From: a virus
Lineage: Duplodnaviria > Caudoviricetes
Length of the DNA: 64,000 bases
Direction: 5' to 3' (one strand)
IMG/VR virus record: IMGVR_UViG_3300025137_005870
Location: 30,500-94,499 of that record
Positions 9,425 through 19,097 of the stretch are shown here, piece after piece (position 1 is the stretch's first letter; the number at the start of each line of letters is the position of its first letter). The translations under genes were made by a program, and so were the position numbers. Under the pieces are notes generated by a model, which saw only the letters and a program-made list of their open reading frames with translations, searched no databases and had not been told where the DNA came from.

Positions 9425-9778
9425 TCAATCCTCAAAGTATGAAACTGGTTTATATTTGTTTTTTAGTTTCTGAAATCTATCTTGCCTTAACCCTAGAAAC
9501 CTCATAGCCTCTACTTGTGTCCTCGTAGCAGAATAAGCATACTTTAATATAGCATCTCTTACTATCTCTGTCAAGTTATTCCATAAAGGAAATCCATAAA
9601 GCCTGCCGTTAACAGGTTTTGTAGATAATTCTAATTTCAGACCAATGACTTCTTCAAGGGAAAGATTGCCTAACATCGTCTCAAACTCATCATTTGATCT
9701 TTTTTCTTGACGTAGCTTCTTAGATAGGCTATAATATGTATTACGGCCTTTCCTTAGTTTCTTTCTTTTCCAAGACAT
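9425..9778 (-). CDS. Basic protein with Fis-like C-terminal HTH
   Basis: ILKYAYSATRTQVEAMRFLGL resembles the Fis HTH. Confidence 0.5.
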   Translation of the reverse strand: MSWKRKKLRKGRNTYYSLSKKLRQEKRSNDEFETMLGNLSLEEVIGLKLELSTKPVNGRLYGFPLWNNLTEIVRDAILKYAYSATRTQVEAMRFLGLRQDRFQKLKNKYKPVSYFED

Positions 9779-9827
9779 TATATATTAACTATATTATTAT
9801 ATTATATTATTATATATATTAAATTTA

Positions 9828-10646
9828 TTATAAATCAGTTATTTCTAAAGTTAAACCTTCTTCATTATCTAACTCTGGACCTATCTCTTGATCACCACCT
9901 GCTTTCTCTTTCTCATATTCAGGTGTTGTAGGTTCTGGTAGATTAGTTGTAAGAAACTCTTCGAAGTTATCTTTCCAAAGAAGAATGTTAGTTTTTAAAT
10001 AATCATGATAAAGTTCTCTATCCTCATCATTAGCCAGTTCACCAAAATCATTAACGATGGTTCCTTGGATTTGTTTAAACGTTCCAAGGGAAGCATTTCT
10101 TCCAGTAGCATCATTTTCAGAATCTTTTAAACCACGAGTCAACAATTCTTCGTCATCATCAATCTCAATAGCTTCCTCCTCTTCTTCCTCTTCAGGAGTA
10201 GGTAGAATGTCTACACCAAGATCTAAAGGCTCTTCTCTTTCATCGCCAACGTCAATCTCAATGTCTTCTTCTAACTCCATATCAGGAGCAGCTTCAGGAG
10301 CATCGATGTTAGTTTCAATGGGAGCTAAGAGGTTGTCAATACCGTTTACAAGGTGTGCAATGTAAGATTTTCTTTGCTCAGGATCAGTTGTTAGAGAAAG
10401 ATAAGCATCACGGATTTGAGGAATAATCTTTTTCAAAGTCTGACGTAGTTTGTTGATACCAGTCTTTTCGTGTGGAATCTGATCATTCACGGCAGTCTTT
10501 TCTTGTAGGAGCCGACTAACAACATCACGAAGAACTTGCTCTTCGTTTAGTTCTTTTTCCTCACGCTTGGTGTGGATCTTTGTGATAATCTTGCGGATGT
10601 TCTCGCGAAGAAGATCTTCCTCTATTAAATCGTTTCTGTTTTTCAT
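9828..10646 (-). CDS. Acidic hypothetical protein (putative virion/prohead)
   Basis: EEDLLRENIRKII and EEQVLRDVVSRLL amphipathic repeats; poly-E. Confidence 0.7.
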   Translation of the reverse strand: MKNRNDLIEEDLLRENIRKIITKIHTKREEKELNEEQVLRDVVSRLLQEKTAVNDQIPHEKTGINKLRQTLKKIIPQIRDAYLSLTTDPEQRKSYIAHLVNGIDNLLAPIETNIDAPEAAPDMELEEDIEIDVGDEREEPLDLGVDILPTPEEEEEEEAIEIDDDEELLTRGLKDSENDATGRNASLGTFKQIQGTIVNDFGELANDEDRELYHDYLKTNILLWKDNFEEFLTTNLPEPTTPEYEKEKAGGDQEIGPELDNEEGLTLEITDL

Positions 10647-12895
10647 GATAAGGCTCCCTTACCTAATAAATAGTTTAAAACCTCTTCAACGGCCTCATCT
10701 TCTGGGTCCTCTTCTCGGATAATGGACCTCTTATTTTTATTGCCGACCGCATAACCCTCCACACTTCCACCAGCCATCGTTGAGATTTCATCAACTTTTT
10801 TATTTAGCATTCCTTTTGGTGGAGGAGAAACATCAACCGACTTAACCATTGGTCTTTTACTTATTCGGATCAATGCCCTCTTCATAGCATCATCACCAAC
10901 TTTATGGACGGTCATAACCTTTCCGCTGCTATAAGTTACATTTAGAGTATAAGTTGTGTCTTTAGCTTCGTCTATAGCTTCTGGTTCGCGCTGAACACCA
11001 AGTACATCCAGAACATCATCAGGATCAACACCTTGTGGAATAAATCTTTCTAAACCTGCGCCGTCGTCCAATGCTGCTCTAAAATCTCTTGCACTTAAAG
11101 CCTCTGGTGGGGCGACGAATGCACAAGATAGAGGATCGGAAATGGTGACGCCTTCTCTTGCATACTTTTCAAAGTTTGCCTTGAAACGATCTTCGTCCCC
11201 GCCTTTGGTACTACAACCGGGAATGACTGTATCACCGGGTTGAGCAAGCTCTGGCTTATCATCGCTGTTTTCTACAAACTGATAGGTTGCCGAGACGGGA
11301 GAGTTGACAGGAGAACGAACCACCGTAACCTTGTCTTCTAATCCAGCATCTCTAAGATAGATGTTCCAGATCTTTTTAGAAACATCAAAACTTATGTCTT
11401 TACCACTTGGAGTTTTTCTTGCGAGTGGGGAAATCATAACAACAACACGATCTGCTAAGTCAGCGTAGTGTTGAACCATTTGCATATGACCTTTATGTGG
11501 GGGCTTAAAAGCGCCCGGCACAACAGCAACGGTACGACCACCTTCTTGCTCATCTAACTTTTGGAGGGGAGGCACATTGCCACGGCCATATTTGAACAAA
11601 CCAAGGATCTGGTTAACAGGAGCAAAGTTTCCAGTAAACTTATAAGTCACATCGTCGTAATCAAAAACAAACCCTTCGGCAGCAGTTGAAACATTATCGA
11701 CATCCTTCAGTTTGCTCATCTGTTTCGTTAGGATCTCAATGGCCTCATTAGAATCGCTTCCCTCAATCGCTCTGATGGCCTTCTCAACCTCTGCACGCAA
11801 TCGGACAACCTCCGCATCGTTATCAAGAATGAACGCGCTGTAGACCCCTTTAAGCATCTCTACTGAGAAGTCGTGAACAATCTCTTCGATAGGTGCGATT
11901 GCTTGGAACTTTAGCAAGGAAGCATTTTGTACCATATTACGAACACCTGCAATCTTATCTTCGTCTTCTTTAGGGATAGTTGCCACAACATTACGGATGT
12001 TAGAACCTTTTTCCTTAAAGATGCGCTTCATCATAACAATCTTGGTTTCATCTGAAAGGCCCGGAACCTGAGCGTCAATCATTTCTGCGATACGAGACAC
12101 AAGATACTCGCCAACAGTTTGATTGTCGGAGATGCCGGCATCAGTTAAAGCAGAATCTAGACGATCATAAGCATCGTTTAAAGCTACATCATCACTCAAA
12201 GCCTCAAGATTTCTGATGGCGTTCATTTGTACCTTGAACTTGCCCTCTTCCCGCTCACCCTGAACCACATCAAGGGCGTCGGAAAGCTTCTGTGCGTTAT
12301 TTGTAACGTCTCTATCGGTTGCACTACCAGTCTCTCTGTTATACTCTCTGTGCCCAACTCTGTGAATGGTCAGTGTGGGTAGATCGTAGTTGATAAGATT
12401 GGCTGCGCGAGGATCTTGAACTTCTGCATTATAATAAATGTTGACATTGGGACCAAAGATTTCTACGCGTTCTTCTTGAGACATTTTATTAACAGCCTCT
12501 TCAAAGGCTGCAAATGCGTCGTTAAACGCATCTTCTAATGCTCCTCGTCCACCGAACTTTTGAGCAAGTGCGGCAGCATCCAAGCCACCATCTTTGATGT
12601 TTCCTTTATTACGAGCAGCACGGGCTGTGTTTGTATTAACATCAAAAGATAGTTGGAGGTTCTGACCATCCGTCTTTTCGGTACCTTCAATTTGACCGTC
12701 AGACGCCGCTGCCATAATCTCCTTCATCTTACGAAAGGTAAGATTCGGATTATCATAGAGGTGGTTCATATGTCCTGCGACACCACCCTCAAGAAGTAAG
12801 GAGGCCATTTTGATCTCCTTAAAGAATTGCTTTTTTGATTGCTTTACGAACCGCTTCGCGGATTGTCTCTTCGTCAACCTTATCTTCTTTGGCAT
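10643..12895 (-). CDS. Multidomain phage protein with C-terminal HxGH nucleotidyltransferase
   Basis: GHMNHLYD...TEKTDGQN...AEGFV N-domain (ligase-like KxDG); PGAFKPPHKGH. True start may be 12808. Confidence 0.75.
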   Translation of the reverse strand: MPKKIRLTKRQSAKRFVKQSKKQFFKEIKMASLLLEGGVAGHMNHLYDNPNLTFRKMKEIMAAASDGQIEGTEKTDGQNLQLSFDVNTNTARAARNKGNIKDGGLDAAALAQKFGGRGALEDAFNDAFAAFEEAVNKMSQEERVEIFGPNVNIYYNAEVQDPRAANLINYDLPTLTIHRVGHREYNRETGSATDRDVTNNAQKLSDALDVVQGEREEGKFKVQMNAIRNLEALSDDVALNDAYDRLDSALTDAGISDNQTVGEYLVSRIAEMIDAQVPGLSDETKIVMMKRIFKEKGSNIRNVVATIPKEDEDKIAGVRNMVQNASLLKFQAIAPIEEIVHDFSVEMLKGVYSAFILDNDAEVVRLRAEVEKAIRAIEGSDSNEAIEILTKQMSKLKDVDNVSTAAEGFVFDYDDVTYKFTGNFAPVNQILGLFKYGRGNVPPLQKLDEQEGGRTVAVVPGAFKPPHKGHMQMVQHYADLADRVVVMISPLARKTPSGKDISFDVSKKIWNIYLRDAGLEDKVTVVRSPVNSPVSATYQFVENSDDKPELAQPGDTVIPGCSTKGGDEDRFKANFEKYAREGVTISDPLSCAFVAPPEALSARDFRAALDDGAGLERFIPQGVDPDDVLDVLGVQREPEAIDEAKDTTYTLNVTYSSGKVMTVHKVGDDAMKRALIRISKRPMVKSVDVSPPPKGMLNKKVDEISTMAGGSVEGYAVGNKNKRSIIREEDPEDEAVEEVLNYLLGKGALS

Positions 12896-13721
12896 CTTCA
12901 GCAGCCTTCTTCATAGGCTCCTCTTTGTCACCATCTTTATCAAGGTCCAAGAAATCTGGCTTTGCACCTTCTTCCAACTCTTCTTCCATAGTGGGGCACC
13001 CACAGGGATTAGGCATACAAGCAGAACATCCACCGTGTCCTTCATCCATTACTTCATCTTCACGTCGTCCGCCACAGTGTGCTTCGTCCAACTCACCCTC
13101 TTCTAGGGCAGTAACTGCTGGTTTGGTCTCCGCAGCAGCCTCATCAGCCTCTGCTGCCTCTTCTTTCGCTGAATCATCGACCATATCACCCTCATTTAGG
13201 GCTTTATAACCAAAGTTTTCCATTAAACGGCCAAAAATAGCCTTATTTTTCCAATCATTGTGGTTCATTTTTATATCTCCAGTCCTGTAATAAATAGACT
13301 CTTTTAGTTGTTTTCGGTGTTTTTCCTCCCAATCACGGAAGGTCATGTTACCTTTTTCATAGGCTTCTCTTTCCATTTCCTGCATATGCTTGTCATATTG
13401 GAAGTAATCTTCTCCCATTTGGGGCTTTTTATCAAAATCACCACGACAATTCTGTGCGTGATGAACTAATTCGTGTGATAATGACCTTAAAACATCTTTT
13501 GGATGCCGATTATCAGTATAAATTGATATAGAATCGTTATTTGGGTCGTAAAAAGCAGTTTTTCCAAGTGTTTTTTGTGCATTTTCAAGATCTGAGACGA
13601 AATTTATTGCAACTGGGCGATCATACCCCATATTTTGACGAGCAAAGGGCAAAAAGCTCTTTAAAAACGGTTTTATTTGACCGTAATTAAGATCAGAGGT
13701 ATTGGAAATGGAATATTTCAT
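12819..13721 (-). CDS. HExxH domain plus acidic C-terminal domain
   Basis: LSHELVHH...EREAY; acidic half with DFLDLDKDGDKEEPM. Confidence 0.7.
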   Translation of the reverse strand: MKYSISNTSDLNYGQIKPFLKSFLPFARQNMGYDRPVAINFVSDLENAQKTLGKTAFYDPNNDSISIYTDNRHPKDVLRSLSHELVHHAQNCRGDFDKKPQMGEDYFQYDKHMQEMEREAYEKGNMTFRDWEEKHRKQLKESIYYRTGDIKMNHNDWKNKAIFGRLMENFGYKALNEGDMVDDSAKEEAAEADEAAAETKPAVTALEEGELDEAHCGGRREDEVMDEGHGGCSACMPNPCGCPTMEEELEEGAKPDFLDLDKDGDKEEPMKKAAEDAKEDKVDEETIREAVRKAIKKAIL

Positions 13722-13749
13722 AAAAAGCTGCCCTTATCGCACGAAATAA

Positions 13750-13992
13750 TTAGTTTTCTACTTTATTAACATCAGTTTTATGTATCTTTTTTAAATTTAA
13801 ACACAAGACATCAAATTTTTTGCCTTTTGAAAACTCAAAAACGGCCGCAAACACAACTTTACGACCGCCCATCTCTTTGTTATACAAGTTTTCAATAACA
13901 CCAGACCTTATTGTTCTATTATCCGTCCACATAACAAGGTCACCAACATTAAACTTGGATTTTTTACCAAAAGTTGTGCTCTCAACCTTCAT
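13750..13992 (-). CDS. Small SH3/KOW-like protein
   Basis: FNVGDLV motif. Confidence 0.6.
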   Translation of the reverse strand: MKVESTTFGKKSKFNVGDLVMWTDNRTIRSGVIENLYNKEMGGRKVVFAAVFEFSKGKKFDVLCLNLKKIHKTDVNKVEN

Positions 13993-14281
13993 CTTTCCTC
14001 TTTAATCTTGCGTCAAGAACATCTTCGACATAAGAAATCTTAGCATAAAGGTCATCAAAGACTTTTTCTTTCATATTAACCAGATCTATTCTTTTTAATC
14101 CGTCATTTTGCCGAATTTCTTTGGCCATCTGATCCATATTTGCCAAAATAGCATTCACTTCTGTCGTAAAAACGTGAGTCTGATACCTGTTTAAAACTTG
14201 GCTGGGATTAAAATCGCTTGGAACCAAATCATTCATCTCTTGTAGGATTATTTCTTTGAGTTCTGACTTAGTAACTTTCAT
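13982..14281 (-). CDS. Hypothetical protein with MKxTKxxLKEII leader
   Basis: MKVTKSELKEIILQEM at 14281 with GAGG SD. Confidence 0.7.
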   Translation of the reverse strand: MKVTKSELKEIILQEMNDLVPSDFNPSQVLNRYQTHVFTTEVNAILANMDQMAKEIRQNDGLKRIDLVNMKEKVFDDLYAKISYVEDVLDARLKRKDEG

Positions 14282-14328
14282 TTTATGGACCTCAGACATA
14301 TTTCGTCTATAATAAATAGTCTGCTCGT

Positions 14329-15609
14329 CTATAAAGGGCACTCTCCAAGGTAGTCATACATTACTTGAAACATTTCATCACCAACTACAAGACTTCTATC
14401 TTCCAAGATAACGGAGTTTGAACCAATATCGTAATACCAGCCCTTCTTTAAAGGTATCCCATCAAGAAAAACCTCAACAGTTCCGGGCACAGCTACTTGT
14501 GTAAGAGGATATTGGGCGGCAATAATGTAGTTTGAGTTTGCAATCGTGTTAAGATTGTCTCCCCAAGGGCTACAAATGTCCAGATACATACCACCAGTAA
14601 GATTACTTTGGTCTATATATCTATCACCCATACCCATTCCACAGCCAAAACCAAGACTTACGACGGAATGAAAGAAAAATAGTTCTTCTTCTTTGATACT
14701 CAGGAAGAAATCGTAGTATTCTAGCTCGGTAAGCGGACTAAAATCGTCCTCATCGGACACAACCACAACAGAAAGGGCTGCATCTTCGCGAGGATGGATC
14801 ATTCCTCTGATGGGGTCTAGGGCTTGCTTGGCCATTTCCTGCCCCATCTCAAACGCACTACCACTGTTACCACGAGAGACAGCATCTGAGAACTCTTTAG
14901 CGGGGTCTGTGGTGTCAGGAGTGATAGGATCTGAGACTGGTGTGGGATCATCGGTCGTGATAACCGAGATTTCAAAATCAACGCCGGCAGTCATAAGATC
15001 ATCAATAAAGTTTTCGGCATTATCAGCCATACCAGTCTGCTCATCAATCATAGAACAGGAGTTGTCGATAACAAAAAGAATATCTGCTTTATTTATTTCT
15101 TCTTGCTCAAAAACATCAATCTTATTTCCAGTGGCTACACCAACGCCTTGATGTGTTATCATCTGTTCTCGTTTGCCGAGGGCATTAGAATAAATAAACA
15201 TACGCCCAGTGTCTGGAATAAGGTCTACTTCGTTATACTCAAAAGTTAAGACCAGTGTATCACCCGGCTCCAGATGGATAGGAAACTTATGGTTGCCTAC
15301 CAACTCTAGCTCTGGTGTGTGAGCATAGTCTAAGTTATCTATGATCAGCGGCTCTGTGCCGATACTGGTGATAACCACATCGTACTCATACTCACAATTT
15401 ACATCAACCTCACCAAAATCATAGTCATACGGCTCAATGTGTATCGCAGCGTATGTTTCTTCTGGCGGGGTTGGTATATCCATCTTGACCGGCGGTATGG
15501 TTTGCTGCTCTACTGCCGTGTCTCCGATCGGATCTATTATATTGTTGTTCTTAATGCCATACTCAGGTGAGCAGGCTAGCAAGAAAAGAAGTCCCCAAAA
15601 TCTCTTCAT
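14329..15609 (-). CDS. Lipoprotein with Ig-like (ASH-type) and vWA domains
   Basis: Lipobox LLAC; DFGEV...P; DILFVIDNSCSM MIDAS; VVVSDEDD. Confidence 0.8.
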   Translation of the reverse strand: MKRFWGLLFLLACSPEYGIKNNNIIDPIGDTAVEQQTIPPVKMDIPTPPEETYAAIHIEPYDYDFGEVDVNCEYEYDVVITSIGTEPLIIDNLDYAHTPELELVGNHKFPIHLEPGDTLVLTFEYNEVDLIPDTGRMFIYSNALGKREQMITHQGVGVATGNKIDVFEQEEINKADILFVIDNSCSMIDEQTGMADNAENFIDDLMTAGVDFEISVITTDDPTPVSDPITPDTTDPAKEFSDAVSRGNSGSAFEMGQEMAKQALDPIRGMIHPREDAALSVVVVSDEDDFSPLTELEYYDFFLSIKEEELFFFHSVVSLGFGCGMGMGDRYIDQSNLTGGMYLDICSPWGDNLNTIANSNYIIAAQYPLTQVAVPGTVEVFLDGIPLKKGWYYDIGSNSVILEDRSLVVGDEMFQVMYDYLGECPL

Positions 15610-15671
15610 TCATATTCACCCCCTATAGTATATAGAGGTAAATGCGCTAAAGAAGATAATCTATGAAGATT

Positions 15672-16688
15672 TTAGTCTTTTGAAGTGTTCGGGGGATTAA
15701 CAGTTGTGGAGATTGGCTTGCCATCATCGCTAAACTGGCGACCACGAAGAGAGAGAGGCCCTTTCATTCCAAGCAAGAAAGGAACTTGATCTACGAACAC
15801 ACCATCTTTTACAAATCTTGTTCTTTGGGCCGTAATATCTTCAAACGTGTTTAAAGTAAAGTCTTTTTCTATTCTTTCTTTGGTAGCCGGCTCATCTTTA
15901 ATAGCACCAACTGTGAGAGTAAGTTTTGGTATTACATTATTTACTCCTCTACTACTAAAAGTGGCGTTTGGTATGGCAATCTCATAAGAACTGGCGGCGC
16001 CGGCTGACGGAGAACCAGTGGATGGATCTACATTAAGGAGATCATAAGTATAATCTATAACACAAAAATAAAAATGATCACACGTTGCAATATCTAGTCT
16101 TGCTTGTCGATTTAAAGTAAACGTAACAATGTCTTCGGTGGTGCTGGTGCTGAACAACGATACATTTTTTAGATCACTGTAGGGCACATAAGACGAAGCC
16201 CAAGATGCACCAGAAGACCAGCCCGCGATTCCTGATTCTCCAAAGAAAGTCACATTACCAGCACCAGAGGAAAAACTAGTCGCCGCGCCTTTTCGTATGG
16301 GTGAAGTGGTACTCCCAACATCTCTTTGCCTTAACTTGTGCCCCTTTATGCCTACAAGAGTAAATTTATGGTCTGTAGCAAGGTTGACTGGGTTTGAGCC
16401 GATACCTGTTTTATTCGCCACCATAAGGGAAATTTCTGCACTTGCTGGTGGAATTGTGATACCACTAGTATCAAAACCAAGCCACATACGCTTGACGTTC
16501 CAAGCATTGCCGCGACTTGTATTGAACGAAACGCCCATTTCTATAAAATCATTACCAACACTTGGGCTTCTATTACTCAATGTATCGGCAGTTGTAGCAT
16601 CTCTTTCGGTAGTCCAGTTGGTGGTACCGCCAGAGTTGAGATCAAATCCATCACCCAAGTTTATAGTTATAATTTCTGCTCTACTCAT
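15672..16688 (-). CDS. Putative virion structural protein
   Basis: S/T/G-rich; R-x-W-L-x-FDTS; PKLTLT; C-terminal QVPF...GPLSLRGR. Confidence 0.6.
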   Translation of the reverse strand: MSRAEIITINLGDGFDLNSGGTTNWTTERDATTADTLSNRSPSVGNDFIEMGVSFNTSRGNAWNVKRMWLGFDTSGITIPPASAEISLMVANKTGIGSNPVNLATDHKFTLVGIKGHKLRQRDVGSTTSPIRKGAATSFSSGAGNVTFFGESGIAGWSSGASWASSYVPYSDLKNVSLFSTSTTEDIVTFTLNRQARLDIATCDHFYFCVIDYTYDLLNVDPSTGSPSAGAASSYEIAIPNATFSSRGVNNVIPKLTLTVGAIKDEPATKERIEKDFTLNTFEDITAQRTRFVKDGVFVDQVPFLLGMKGPLSLRGRQFSDDGKPISTTVNPPNTSKD

Positions 16689-17331
16689 TTCTTAACACCT
16701 TTGGAATATAGTAAAAGCCTTCATTATAATAATCATTCTCTGGTGGATCTATTTCTACTTTTTCAAATGTAATAGAAAAGTCCGGATGATTCATAAAGCC
16801 ACAAGAACTTCCTTCAAATCTTGCTGAGTTAAAATGACTTATACGGGTGCTTGATTTACAGTGAGGTTTTATCATTTCGGGTAGCTTGTTCCACTCTGAC
16901 CAAAATCCGTATGGATCAAAAAACACACCATCAAACTTTTTATGGGTTGTGCGAACTGTACCTTCCATCAAAGTCGGCAAAACTTTAATCCAGTCGCCCT
17001 CAATAATGGTGACGCCCTGCTTATCCGCTGCCCACTCTCGTGCTTTTGTGGCTATCTGCGGGTGAAGTTCAATAATGGTATGAGTCTTTGTCCCAGCATC
17101 TTGTATAAAACCTGCACTAATACCCATCCCAAAGCCTATCTCAAGAATGTCGCCGCCTCGCTCGCAAACAAAGTCAGCACTCTTTTTCATTATTTCAGTT
17201 TCCCATTCGTGCATAATAACCAGTTCTTGTTTTATTTCAGACCTAGTTTTTGCAAGGCCTTCGAACTTATCACCAATATAAGTTATTTTATCGGGGTAAA
17301 AATTAATATCTGTCTTTAAAAAGTCTTTCAC
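16681..17331 (-). CDS. Class I SAM methyltransferase, GAMT/Rmt2-like
   Basis: IMHEWETEIM, ILEIGFGMGI, HTIIELHP, GDW, FDGVFFD. Confidence 0.8.
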   Translation of the reverse strand: MKDFLKTDINFYPDKITYIGDKFEGLAKTRSEIKQELVIMHEWETEIMKKSADFVCERGGDILEIGFGMGISAGFIQDAGTKTHTIIELHPQIATKAREWAADKQGVTIIEGDWIKVLPTLMEGTVRTTHKKFDGVFFDPYGFWSEWNKLPEMIKPHCKSSTRISHFNSARFEGSSCGFMNHPDFSITFEKVEIDPPENDYYNEGFYYIPKVLRNE

Positions 17332-19073
17332 TTTTTGCCTCCTCTTTTTCCGGCTGCGACGTTAAATGGTAAACTTGATCTAGCCCGACCTCGAAGGGTT
17401 AGGGGGCCGTTAACTGACATTCTAAATGGCGACTGTTCTGTTCTGCGGTCTCTTTGATCGCCTTTGTCGGCAGAATCAATGGTATCATCGGTTTGGACGA
17501 TGGGTTGGCCGACACCATTAGAACCACCATCAAACAGTTGATTAAAACCCGGCGCCGGAGCCCGAACAGGGCCTAATCTATAGATTATTACAGATGTACC
17601 ATCTTGTATATCAGCCGAAGTTGAGGTAACATTAAATGTTAGATAGTCGCCTTTCTTACAAGGAATAATTCCCATTAATAAGTTAGTTATTGGATCATAT
17701 GCGTTCTTTGCATAGAATAGTGATGTAAGACCATTGGTATTTATCGCACCTTGACCTGAGCCTCCGCTTGGTCCTCCTTCATCATTTTGTTGGACGAAGT
17801 GGGTTATTGAACTGTTATTAGTCACAGTATCAACTCCTAAATTAGACATAACAAAATAGTCTCCGTCTTCACTAATTGTGAATCTTCCGTCCGACTTTGT
17901 ATAGGTAATTCCTCTATTTCCTCCTATTGTCGCGTCAACAACACCTGCTGCTCCATCTGCGACTGCTTTATTGCTAGCATCGTTTGGATCTGTAAAAGAA
18001 AAGGAACTATAATTATCCTCATCAAAAATATTGGCATCCCCGGTGCCCAATGCACTAGAATCGCTACGAATAACTACATTAAGAAATGAATTTGGCAAAG
18101 AACCAGAGTTTGAGATATCAAACATAGAATAAGAAGTTCCCTTCTCAAAAGTAAACCCTGTTGAGTCACTGCTTACCATCCCACGCGTCGGCTGGGCTGG
18201 TAGATTTGCCGGGATCGCCTTCATTATTTGTTGTGTATGGCTCAGTGGAGTAACAGCAGCCGTGGCTCCCGCTAACATTAAATCCATAAAACCGTGAGCA
18301 GATGTGGAGTTATCTAATGTTAATCGGTTTTCAATGGCGGCAGTTGTTCCTGCTGTGTCAAACAACAAACTTTGCAGATTAATAAACATTCTTTCTCTAG
18401 AGGGCGTAAACTTTCCGCCGTCTGCATTGAATGTAACACCACTAACAGTTGTAGAAACAGCGCCAGCACTTCCATAGTTATCATCATCAAAAGTTTTTAA
18501 GTTGTTAGAGCTTGCTATCTCATCATAAGCTGTAGTAATCACTGCTGAAGCAAAATCACCAGATACCCTTAATAACAAAAGAGTGGTACCAGCCTTACAT
18601 CTTGCAGTTAAGGTAGATTGAGATTCATAGGATGTTGTTATGATATCTCCAGCGGCTAAAGTTGTGATTAGATGACACACACATTGCTCAGGGTCTTGAC
18701 CAGAATACAGTCTCATTGCATCGGAAGTAAAGATTGCGCTCCCATTCTTAAAAATTTTATAAATTATTGTCCCATTGGAAGAAGTAATATCTGTTAGGGG
18801 TGCAAAATAAATAAAATAATTTCCTGCGTCTTGTACTGTAACAGTTCCCGCACCAGCATCATAATCTATATCGGGTGTGGCAACGCCCACGATTGTATCG
18901 GTAACATTATCTTCATCAAAAGGGTTAATTTCGTTTGCACTTGTTGTGGAGACTGCCAATATCGGGTAGTGAAGACTAATATAAGATCCAAAATCTGTAC
19001 CGGTATCAGTTTTAAGCCAATCTCTTACCTCTGCGTTAGGTAATCTACCAAATGCTTTTTGAATAACAGCCAT
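17328..19073 (-). CDS. Putative virion surface protein with C1q/BclA-like repeats
   Basis: GTVTVQDAGNYFIY, GKFTP, GRFTISEDGDYFV; C-terminal QSPF...GPLTLRGR. Confidence 0.6.
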   Translation of the reverse strand: MAVIQKAFGRLPNAEVRDWLKTDTGTDFGSYISLHYPILAVSTTSANEINPFDEDNVTDTIVGVATPDIDYDAGAGTVTVQDAGNYFIYFAPLTDITSSNGTIIYKIFKNGSAIFTSDAMRLYSGQDPEQCVCHLITTLAAGDIITTSYESQSTLTARCKAGTTLLLLRVSGDFASAVITTAYDEIASSNNLKTFDDDNYGSAGAVSTTVSGVTFNADGGKFTPSRERMFINLQSLLFDTAGTTAAIENRLTLDNSTSAHGFMDLMLAGATAAVTPLSHTQQIMKAIPANLPAQPTRGMVSSDSTGFTFEKGTSYSMFDISNSGSLPNSFLNVVIRSDSSALGTGDANIFDEDNYSSFSFTDPNDASNKAVADGAAGVVDATIGGNRGITYTKSDGRFTISEDGDYFVMSNLGVDTVTNNSSITHFVQQNDEGGPSGGSGQGAINTNGLTSLFYAKNAYDPITNLLMGIIPCKKGDYLTFNVTSTSADIQDGTSVIIYRLGPVRAPAPGFNQLFDGGSNGVGQPIVQTDDTIDSADKGDQRDRRTEQSPFRMSVNGPLTLRGRARSSLPFNVAAGKRGGKK

Positions 19074-19097
19074 CGTTTCCTCTCACAATAAATAGTT

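Noticed and set aside
9779-9830. Almost pure A/T tract as an origin
   Set aside because: Only about 50 bp of intergenic sequence with no iterons or other support.
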